A stretch of DNA of 64,000 bases. Source: an uncultured Alphaproteobacteria bacterium. GTDB taxonomy: Bacteria > Pseudomonadota > Alphaproteobacteria > HIMB59 > GCA-002718135. Shown one piece after another: positions 31,001 through 37,916 of the stretch. A program made the position numbers and the translations under genes. The notes beneath the pieces were generated by a model. The model was not told the origin of the DNA. It saw nothing but the letters and a program-made list of their open reading frames with translations, and searched no databases. Each line of letters starts with the position of its first letter. The first letter of the stretch is position 1. Where the stretch lies: contig CABXEZ010000002.1 in assembly GCA_902511405.1 (NCBI GenBank), positions 22,304-86,303 of the forward strand, written 5' to 3'.

Positions 31001-31531
31001 TTAGGATATGAAAAAATTAAGTTTGATTTCAAAACAGGCTGGAAATGGAACACTGAAGCTAATGATATTCTGTTTAATTTAGATTTAGGTATAACTGATG
31101 CTGCATCATTAGCTATTTCAACTAAATTAATAGATCTAGATACAAATATCCTAACATTGCAAGGAGCGCCATTACTGACATACCTTATGACAGAGCCAAA
31201 ATTAAAAAAGCTTAATATATCTTTAGTAGATAGTTCTTTTAGAGATAAATTCATAAATTATGCAGCAAAAGAACAAGGAATGACAGCTGAGCAACTTAAA
31301 GATTTTGTAATTCAATCAATGGATATTTATTCTAATACATTTGGAATTGATCAGAGTCTGGTAAAACAGTTTATAGACGCTACCTCAAACTTTATTAATG
31401 GAAGTAATAAGATTGTTTTATCTATTAAACCTTCAGAACCTGTCTCTATTAATAGCTTAACACCTGATGTGATGGGTCAAAATTATGAAGGATTAGTTGA
31501 TAAACTAAATGTTCATATTAGTAACTTTTAA
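28025..31531 (+). CDS. large secreted coiled-coil protein (hypothetical)
   Basis: 1168 aa. Signal peptide ...LLSGNAAFA, then a globular Trp/Gly-rich N-domain. Next comes about 270 aa of heptad-like E/K/L/N-rich sequence with a repeated LKNRIDNL unit, then a ~500-aa C-terminal region with repeated ...NF/IKNF... segments. Confidence 0.6.
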   Translation: MKLIFKILSLIISIGILLSGNAAFAAKENPLLLAMKIECSGNNAGRSSWSDNFFGFTTDHTFHGSRWWYESGDRLGEIGQHTFNGSRTKKSLLIEGEGRWLEDNRKKPWKLQFISKGDKPMLKHLEDGVGGYEGSGQDKRDCTITLLNKVKANEAIRLDSYTRVISGLKNRIDNLNKREKDKENNQANTNQDREIILLKNRIDNLKYELKKQDSNTNQDVDVSQLQKNEEEIQNLTKKYEKEITLLKNEITSLKDENKISGKKIKELNDEVIATKNNTEFELKYEKILKQIDDVKIKLESSKSDNTSLEKQLSSLKDSEISLNTSLDNQSKEIVSLENLNLELKKEIEIYKQKEEELIQIIETTENQKLQEQQLAEEKRQAEERKIEEERIANEKKLKEQQEAERLAQEEINKKLSILTQETDLEKAQNFLTNLESFVKQYPNEFDIITISEYFIATRSILDGNLNFTNETKLKEFRDYVSETSELYLKYNKEIFQKNQTERLNTINQAILGLETSINELKLIMVNNTQSVNLQKWTDAIKIAEITLKELNGYDELINASKNINDLIKLKAEVDGAIVFLNETKDELKIYLQENLTTDLAPLILDQIKIIDESIKNEDIREITDTTEKSKEFILKKIIEPKKLKKAEEIENERKKLAEEQNKEFEEIFNKYNAKNDYQKQIVKLLYFLEVPFENIAFSNMDNVISISGIGDESIKLDELKITKINKKYLNEWFQLNEKYKLFSDVSNSNFEIPELKYLGKIADDIKFSGLNIYDLMGYAELRIEEVGIKNLDFENFGKIKNILSTSIGRGEEHEVLSLILSAKFDKIYFKNSTLSEPEPASLKYFEITNWNEFSFKKIEFKDYKLQEEFNEFHLENFKISNFALDNNFTYDLLGSPESQELLLNGDYSEIFNSFVSLDNLEIKNFSAKINNEDVFILDSAKINNIKFDYFGANNNIKVPTSFNFEIKGADFNYNQVREISGGLAPLDGLIDELGYEKIKFDFKTGWKWNTEANDILFNLDLGITDAASLAISTKLIDLDTNILTLQGAPLLTYLMTEPKLKKLNISLVDSSFRDKFINYAAKEQGMTAEQLKDFVIQSMDIYSNTFGIDQSLVKQFIDATSNFINGSNKIVLSIKPSEPVSINSLTPDVMGQNYEGLVDKLNVHISNF

Positions 31532-31689
31532 AAAAATTCTTTAAAAGATATAACTGAATTACAATTAAGTTTGTATAATAACCCTAATCTATTACTCTAT
31601 TCATTCGACCTACGGCAAAATATTTTTAGCTAATACTCGTAATAACTAATAACACGCAGTGGCTATAATGTTATAAGGTATATATTAGA

Positions 31690-32238
31690 ATGAAAATAAT
31701 ACCTTTAATTTTATTTTTCTTAATTAGTTTCAATTTGTTCGCAAAAACTGGATCAGTTACAGGACTTGAAATACCTAGGTTTGTTTCTCTTAAATCAAAT
31801 GAAGTTAACTTGCGAGTGGGACCGAGTACAAACTACCCTATTGAACTCACATATGTGACTAAGAACTTACCAATAGAAATAATTGATGAATTTGATGCAT
31901 GGAGAAAAATAAAAGATCATAAAGGAATAAAAGGTTGGTTACATAAAAGCTTAATTCAAGGAGATAGATTTGTTCTTACAGGTTATAAAAATAACAATGA
32001 TATTGATCTTTACAACAGACCTAATGGAAGTATCATAGGAGCAATCAAAAAAAATAATATTTTAGATCTTAAAAACTGTATTTTGTATTGGTGCAAAGTA
32101 AGTCATCAGAACACTAATGGTTGGGTGCTTAAAAAAAATATTTGGGGCATTTATGAGTTTGAAATTTACAATGATAAATTTTATCAACCTGCATTAAACA
32201 TATATTGGAGAATATTGAATAGTAAATTGTTTAATTAA
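31690..32238 (+). CDS. SH3b-domain (DUF1058-like) periplasmic protein
   Basis: 182 aa. Signal peptide, then ...VNLRVGPSTNYPIELTYVTKNLPIEIIDEFDAWRKIKDHKGIKGWLHKSLI... is a bacterial SH3-like repeat, followed by a second copy (...WCKVSHQNTNGWVLKKNIW). Confidence 0.7.
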   Translation: MKIIPLILFFLISFNLFAKTGSVTGLEIPRFVSLKSNEVNLRVGPSTNYPIELTYVTKNLPIEIIDEFDAWRKIKDHKGIKGWLHKSLIQGDRFVLTGYKNNNDIDLYNRPNGSIIGAIKKNNILDLKNCILYWCKVSHQNTNGWVLKKNIWGIYEFEIYNDKFYQPALNIYWRILNSKLFN

Positions 32239-32240
32239 AA

Positions 32241-32293
32241 TGGCTGGGGCGGCAGGATTCGAACCTGCGAATGTCGACTCCAAAAACCGATGC
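32241..32293 (-). repeat. perfect 53-nt direct repeat of the tRNA-Gln 3' end (distal att site / pseudo-tRNA)
   Basis: Identical to 33930-33982. Beyond nt 53 only weak tRNA-like similarity remains (AGTACCAAAATGGCCATGCCCAA versus CTTACCGCTTGGCGACGCCCCAA) and no acceptor stem can form. Confidence 0.93.
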
Positions 32294-32591
32294 AGTACCA
32301 AAATGGCCATGCCCAATGGCGGAATACTTAGGTTTATTTTTCTACAAATTTAAAAAATGAGTGTGTGAGTGTGGCCATAGTGTGACCATTATTTTTTTCA
32401 TTTTATTATCCTAGCACCAACCAAGGAGATTGTTAAGTGTGGCGTATGCATGACCATTGTGGACATGTCCATAGTTCACCATTTTTATAAATTATATATA
32501 TTTTACGAATGTTTTTTTACCCCCCCATGTTTCACTGTGGCATCCTCTCCGTCCTCCTTGCGTGTCACAGTGAATCACTTGTATAGTCATA

Positions 32592-32804
32592 ATGGTTAAT
32601 ATTTTTAAACAGACACGGCTTGACAAAAAAATTCTTATCTCCGAAGTAGTGGAGAAACTTTGCTATCCATCAAACGTTATTGAATCACTTGAAAAGGATA
32701 AAATTGACTTTTTACCAAAACCATACAATTATTATTTTGCTAAATATTATGCGGAATTTCTTAAATTAGATAATATTCCTGATTTATTGAAAAAATACAG
32801 ATAA
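32592..32804 (+). CDS. XRE/RodZ-type helix-turn-helix protein (70 aa)
   Basis: ...IFKQTRLDKKILISEVVEKLCYPSNVIESLEKDKIDFLPKPYNYYFAKYYAEFLKLD... follows the RodZ N-terminal HTH pattern (L...R....S...V.......I..LE......LP.....GF...YA..L.LD). Confidence 0.55.
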   Translation: MVNIFKQTRLDKKILISEVVEKLCYPSNVIESLEKDKIDFLPKPYNYYFAKYYAEFLKLDNIPDLLKKYR

Positions 32805-32837
32805 ATTAATTATAATGAATAAAAATATTATTTAAAA

Positions 32838-33383
32838 ATGAGTGGAAAGTATAGCTTATATTATGATTGGATAATGGAAGTAGGTGAAGAGAGATTAGTT
32901 GAGCAAAAATTTTTAAAAGAAAATTTTTATTCACGAGAAGATTACACGGTGTTTTTGTTCATTCTGCTGCGTTTCTCAAAAAAATTGTCTTCAGAAATAA
33001 GAGATAGCACGGCTAATAAATCTGATAACAAATTTATTAAAAGTACATTTCCCAATCCAAACATTACAGGTGATGAGTTGGATAGATTCATTATGCAATA
33101 TTATGAAAAAGTAAAACATTTGAAACATTATGGCACCACTCGCCGAGCCATTTCTCAGCAAACTAATATTCCACGCACGAGTGTAAAACGCATACTTGAT
33201 CGATTAATGAAAAGAAAATTAGTGACAGCAACAAAAAATGATAATTTAATTGTGCCAACCGCTTTAGCGAGGAAAAAATTTTCAGATTATAGAAAATATT
33301 TATTTGCATCTTTCAAGAGACTCAATAAAATTTTTAATGATTCACATTTAGAATATCTTAATCCAAATGATCCAGGTCTATGA
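32838..33383 (+). CDS. hypothetical protein with winged-helix-like DNA-binding segment (181 aa)
   Basis: ...TTRRAISQQTNIPRTSVKRILDRLMKRKLVTATKNDNLIVPT... looks like a MarR/ArsR-type wHTH. The rest is unassignable. Confidence 0.45.
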   Translation: MSGKYSLYYDWIMEVGEERLVEQKFLKENFYSREDYTVFLFILLRFSKKLSSEIRDSTANKSDNKFIKSTFPNPNITGDELDRFIMQYYEKVKHLKHYGTTRRAISQQTNIPRTSVKRILDRLMKRKLVTATKNDNLIVPTALARKKFSDYRKYLFASFKRLNKIFNDSHLEYLNPNDPGL

Positions 33384-33423
33384 GTTATCAAATAGTTTTT
33401 GAGGTCGTTACCTATAAGGATAT

Positions 33424-33819
33424 ATGCGTTTTTTAAGTAAATTTTTAATTCTTTTTCTTTCACTCCACGTTGCAATTACTGTGGTTGCTTATTTTTATGG
33501 TTTTTCATTTACCTTCCCTTTTATCATGACAGAAGGCACTTATGTGCCTGAACATCGTTTACAAGCTTTACGTTTATCAACTTTTACCACTTTTGTTTAT
33601 TTTAGTTTTCGATATTTACTTTTTGGTTCAGAAAAGTTGCATCCAATACAATTCTTAGGTGTTTCTTTGTTTAACTTAGGTGTTCTAGGTGGTCTATGCC
33701 TTTATGTTAATGATATTAATGATCCTTCAGAATATTTTTTAGTACCTTTTTTTATACTTTCATCAATAATTTTATATAACGCTACTAAACCGCAATATAG
33801 AAAATACTTTCAAAAATAA
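33424..33819 (+). CDS. small integral membrane protein (131 aa, ~4 TM)
   Basis: Four hydrophobic stretches (LILFLSLHVAITVVAYFYGF, FTTFVYFSFRYLLF, FLGVSLFNLGVLGGLCLYV, FLVPFFILSSIILY). No recognisable family. Confidence 0.45.
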   Translation: MRFLSKFLILFLSLHVAITVVAYFYGFSFTFPFIMTEGTYVPEHRLQALRLSTFTTFVYFSFRYLLFGSEKLHPIQFLGVSLFNLGVLGGLCLYVNDINDPSEYFLVPFFILSSIILYNATKPQYRKYFQK

Positions 33820-33929
33820 CCTTCAGATTATCTTACCACCAACAATGTGAAATGTAGATCAAAAAAACACTCACAAGTGTGGCCTATGTGTAGCCAAAAT
33901 CGATAAAAGGAAAATTGTGTTGGAATTTT

Positions 33930-34004
33930 TGGCTGGGGCGGCAGGATTCGAACCTGCGAATGTCGACTCCAAAAACCGATGCCTTACCGCTTGGCGACGC
34001 CCCA
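33930..34004 (-). tRNA. tRNA-Gln (anticodon UUG), CCA encoded
   Basis: The reverse complement TGGGGCGTCGCCAAGCGGTAAGGCATCGGTTTTTGGAGTCGACATTCGCAGGTTCGAATCCTGCCGCCCCAGCCA is very close to E. coli tRNA-Gln. Shared parts are UGGGG..UCGCCAAGCGGUAAGGCA, anticodon loop UUUUGGA and GGUUCGAAUCC. Confidence 0.9.
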
Positions 34005-34127
34005 ATAACTTAAGCCTAACTATCAAAATTAATCTTTTTAACAAGAAATTTATTGTTAAATAATATATTTGATTATCTAGGTTTTTATTACTATATTCAT
34101 ATAAAACTCTAACAAAAATTATTAATA

Positions 34128-35117
34128 ATGATTGAAGAAAGTAAATTTGGATTTAGGGATAAAAGAGGACATTTTGTTCCAAAAGAAGCTGCTGATAAAA
34201 ATCCATTATGGGTTTTGCCAATTAATCTAAAAAAAATAATAAATTGGTTTATTTTTTCTTATATTTTTTCTTGGAACCTTTTTTATCTCTTCATTGCATT
34301 TATAGCCTATTATTTTTTTACCCCACCAATGTCAGAAATGAAAATATTATCTGTTGGTTGGATTTCAGAAATACTTCTTAGAAACTATGTAATGGGAACA
34401 ATTTTTTTTAGTCTCATTCATATTCCTCTTTATATTAGTAAATCTCAAGGAATTAAATTTAAGTTTAATCCAAACTGGCCTGAAAAAATTCAAAAATTAT
34501 TTACTTTTAATAAACAAATTTTTGATAATTTGTTTTGGAGTTTATTTTGGGGTGTTCCAATTTGGACGGCTTATGAAGTAATATCATTATGGCTTTATGC
34601 ATCTGGAAGAATACCTTTTATTGAATTCGGTGAGTCACCAGTTTATTTCTTTTTAATACTTTTATTAATTCCAGCATTTAGAGATGCACACTTTTATTTA
34701 GTACATCGTTTTTTACATTTTAAATTTATGTATAAAATTGCTCACTCCGTTCATCATAGAAATATAAATCCTGGTCCATGGTCGAGTCTTTCCATGCATC
34801 CTGTCGAACATCTACTATATTTCTCTGGAGTCATAATTCATTGGATTATACTTTCTCATCCACTTCATGCCATTTACCATTTGTTTCATGCGGGACTTGG
34901 TTCAGCTAATGGCCATATTGGTTTTAAGCAAATGCTTTTAAATGATAAACATGCGATTGATCTCAGCAATTATAATCATTATCTTCACCACAAATATTTT
35001 GAAGTAAATTATGGAAACTTGATGATTCCCTTCGATCAGTGGTTTGGAACCTACCATGATGGTTCAGACGAGCTTCATCGAAAAATGCTGGAAAGATTTA
35101 AAAAAACTTCAAACTAA
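34128..35117 (+). CDS. fatty acid hydroxylase / sterol desaturase superfamily membrane protein
   Basis: 329 aa. TM segments plus histidine boxes HRFLH, HSVHH and HHKYF. Confidence 0.75.
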   Translation: MIEESKFGFRDKRGHFVPKEAADKNPLWVLPINLKKIINWFIFSYIFSWNLFYLFIAFIAYYFFTPPMSEMKILSVGWISEILLRNYVMGTIFFSLIHIPLYISKSQGIKFKFNPNWPEKIQKLFTFNKQIFDNLFWSLFWGVPIWTAYEVISLWLYASGRIPFIEFGESPVYFFLILLLIPAFRDAHFYLVHRFLHFKFMYKIAHSVHHRNINPGPWSSLSMHPVEHLLYFSGVIIHWIILSHPLHAIYHLFHAGLGSANGHIGFKQMLLNDKHAIDLSNYNHYLHHKYFEVNYGNLMIPFDQWFGTYHDGSDELHRKMLERFKKTSN

Positions 35118-35267
35118 TAATAATGTAACTTTTTTTACATATAAAAGATGAAATTAAATATAGAAAATCAATAAAAACTCCATTTTAGTTGTTATGTTTT
35201 CAATATAGGCTTGTCTCTATGACTAGTTTATGTTTATAGTAATTTACTTAAATTAACTGGAGGAAAT

Positions 35268-36878
35268 ATGAAAAAACTTATTGCGGTTATTTCTTTAGTT
35301 TTAGCTCAACTGTTATTTGTATCAACAGTATCAGCTCAAGCTACTAATAGTAACCAATTATCAGACCCAAGAGTTAGACAAGCGCTTTGTATGGCAATTG
35401 ATATGGAGCTTATCAAATCAACATTATTTGAAGATCAAATAATTGTTGCAGATAGTCTTCTGCCAAATGGCCCTATGAAGTCTCCTAACTTACCTGATTA
35501 CAGCTACAACCCAGAAAAAGCTAAGGCTCTTTTAGCTGAAGCTAATTGGGATAATGATCGTGTTTTAGATACGGTTTTCTATTATGGAGATCAACTTACT
35601 TCGGATCTTATGGCTGCAATCCAAGGAATGTTTGCTGACGTTGGCGTAAAAATGACTTACCGACTTCTTCAAGGAGATGTTGGTGCACAATTAAATTCAG
35701 TTCCTGAAGATGGAGTGAATGGACCTGCTGCCGTAGATTACGATCTAGGTTATGGTGCAAGAGGTGCAATGGTTATGCAAGAGTATTATAATACTTTTAA
35801 AACTGGCCTAAACCCTCAAACTCCTGGCAATCCAAAAATGGATGCTATGATTGAAAAAATTAATTCAAGTGCTGATCCTGAAGTTTTAAAGCCTTACTTC
35901 TTTGAAATTCAAGAGTATCAAATGAATGAAGTAAACATTTGTCCATTATACTATCAAAAATTATTTATTTATGAGAGTGACAATGTTGACAGAAACGGTG
36001 GTGCTTACGGTAACGCTCAGTACAATTACAATTGGGATATAACTAATTGGAAAGTTAATACTGGCACTATGCAAACAAATACTGGACCAACTGAATTCTT
36101 TGAACAACCTTGGTATAACTTAGGTTTATGGATTCATAATAAAATTGTATTCGACAGATTACTTGTATCTGGTGGAGCAATCGGAACAGATATTGGTGTT
36201 TCAATGGCAGAAAGCTATGAAATGTCAGCTGATGGCCTAAACTTAAGTTTCAAACTTAAACCAGGTCTAAAATGGCATGATGGTACTGACTTAACTGTTA
36301 AGGATGTTGCATTCAGTCTTAGACTTGCAATGAAGTCACCTCAAATGCATGCACTTGTTGGAAATACTGTTTCATCAATTGTAGGAGCTGAAGCTTTTGC
36401 TAACGGTTCTACTGATGATGTATCTGGTATTAAATACAATATTGCTAATAGAGAAATTTCAATAGAATTTGCAAAACTTGATCCAAATGTATTAACTACA
36501 TTTACTCAGTTTGCTATTCTTCCTGAAAGTCAATTAGCAGGTATTGATCCAGCACAACTACAACAGCATCCATTCTGGCAGTTCCCGATTGGATCTGGTG
36601 CATTTAAACTTGAAGAAGTTAAAATGAATGATTTTGCAAAATTTGTTCCTAATGAAGATTATCATGGTGGAGTTGCAAACTTTGACGTTCTAGCTTACCC
36701 AAGTTATGATGGAGATGGAAACTTAATCAAAAATGCTGCGGCAGGTAAAATGGATTATGGTTTTACTAAAAACGTAGCTGACGTTGGCGCGCTTAATGCA
36801 ATGTCAAATATGATGACTAAGGCTGTTGATATACCTTACACTCGTATGCTTTGGATTATGCAATATCCAAAACCATAA
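35268..36878 (+). CDS. ABC transporter substrate-binding protein, family 5 (Dpp/Opp/Nik type), apparently circularly permuted
   Basis: 536 aa with a signal peptide. D-PRVRQAL...YSYNPEKAKALLAEA, normally at about residue 300, follows the signal peptide directly. ...MAESYEMSADGLNLSFKLKPGLKWHDGTDLTVKDVAFS... and ...PIGSGAFKLEE..., normally N-terminal, lie at residues 310-450. Confidence 0.8.
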   Translation: MKKLIAVISLVLAQLLFVSTVSAQATNSNQLSDPRVRQALCMAIDMELIKSTLFEDQIIVADSLLPNGPMKSPNLPDYSYNPEKAKALLAEANWDNDRVLDTVFYYGDQLTSDLMAAIQGMFADVGVKMTYRLLQGDVGAQLNSVPEDGVNGPAAVDYDLGYGARGAMVMQEYYNTFKTGLNPQTPGNPKMDAMIEKINSSADPEVLKPYFFEIQEYQMNEVNICPLYYQKLFIYESDNVDRNGGAYGNAQYNYNWDITNWKVNTGTMQTNTGPTEFFEQPWYNLGLWIHNKIVFDRLLVSGGAIGTDIGVSMAESYEMSADGLNLSFKLKPGLKWHDGTDLTVKDVAFSLRLAMKSPQMHALVGNTVSSIVGAEAFANGSTDDVSGIKYNIANREISIEFAKLDPNVLTTFTQFAILPESQLAGIDPAQLQQHPFWQFPIGSGAFKLEEVKMNDFAKFVPNEDYHGGVANFDVLAYPSYDGDGNLIKNAAAGKMDYGFTKNVADVGALNAMSNMMTKAVDIPYTRMLWIMQYPKP

Positions 36879-36893
36879 TACGACAATTCTTAA

Positions 36894-36921
36894 AAGTACT
36901 GAGGCATAAGCCTCAGTACTT
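36894..36921 (+). terminator. strong hairpin after the binding-protein gene (intra-operon attenuator/terminator)
   Basis: AAGTACTGAGGC-ATAA-GCCTCAGTACTT is a perfect 12-bp stem. It starts 15 nt after the stop codon and ends 29 nt before the permease start. Confidence 0.6.
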
Positions 36922-36949
36922 ATAATTACATACAAATTTAGAAACATCA

Positions 36950-37915
36950 GTGGCAACGTATTTTATTCAACGATTAATCATTTTTATTCCTATGATTTTC
37001 GTGATTAGTTTCTTAGTATATTTTGGACTCGACTTAACACCAGGGGATGCTGTTTCTCATATGATCAGTCCTGAACTCGCCGCAACTATCACACCCGAAA
37101 AATTAGAAGCGATGAGAGAAGCTTATGGATTAAACGCCACTTTTTTAGAGAGATATTGGATATGGCTTACTAGCTGCTTAAAAGGTGACTTTGGTTATTC
37201 TATGGCAGGCGGCGTAGCGATAAAAGATATTATGGTTAAAACAATCCCTGCTACTCTAGAGCTTTCTATTGTAGCATTAATTATTTCTACCATCTTAGGA
37301 TGTTCTTTAGGTATTTTAAGTGCCTTAAAAAAAGGATCTGCTACAGATAGTGGACTTACTGTTGCTGGTATGGCTGGCGTATCCATACCTGAATTTTTCT
37401 TTGCTTTAGTAGCTATATTAATATTTGGGATGCACTTTCAATGGTTACCAGTTGGAGGTAGACTGCTCCCTCACTATGAAACTTTACTTGATCGAATTCC
37501 AAATATTATCATGCCGTCTATGGTTTTAGCTTTAGCTTTAACAGCAGGCGCAATGCGCTATTCTCGGTCATCAATGCTTGATGTACTGTCTCGTGAATTC
37601 ATTAAAACAGCTCGATCAAAAGGATTACCGGAATGGAGAATCAATATCTTACATGGATTTAGAGTCGCCCTTACTCCTGTTGTAGTTTTAATAGGTTTCA
37701 GATTACCTTTATTAATAGGTGGTTCAACTATCATAGAACAAGTATTTCAATGGCCTGGAATTGGTAATATGTTCATAAGATCTGTTCGGGCCTCAGATTA
37801 TCCTTTGGTAATGATGATATCACTGATGTACGTTTTTGTTGTTTTAACAGCAAGTTTACTAATAGATTTGTTAACCGCTTTAATTGATCCTCGAGTTAGA
37901 TTAGGAAAAGAATAA
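36950..37915 (+). CDS. ABC transporter permease (DppB/OppB type)
   Basis: 321 aa, GTG start. N-terminal MATYFIQRLIIFIPMIF... and ...FIKTARSKGLPEWRINILHGFRVAL... are typical of DppB-type permeases. Confidence 0.88.
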   Translation: MATYFIQRLIIFIPMIFVISFLVYFGLDLTPGDAVSHMISPELAATITPEKLEAMREAYGLNATFLERYWIWLTSCLKGDFGYSMAGGVAIKDIMVKTIPATLELSIVALIISTILGCSLGILSALKKGSATDSGLTVAGMAGVSIPEFFFALVAILIFGMHFQWLPVGGRLLPHYETLLDRIPNIIMPSMVLALALTAGAMRYSRSSMLDVLSREFIKTARSKGLPEWRINILHGFRVALTPVVVLIGFRLPLLIGGSTIIEQVFQWPGIGNMFIRSVRASDYPLVMMISLMYVFVVLTASLLIDLLTALIDPRVRLGKE

Positions 37916-37916
37916 A

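Larger units (their letters stand above)
32294..33929 (+). mobile_element. candidate miniature integrated element (1,636 bp) between the tRNA-Gln direct repeats; no recombinase gene
   Basis: Bounded by the 53-nt perfect direct repeats at the 3' end of tRNA-Gln. It has three small co-oriented ORFs and GC-rich repeat motifs at both non-coding ends. Confidence 0.5.
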
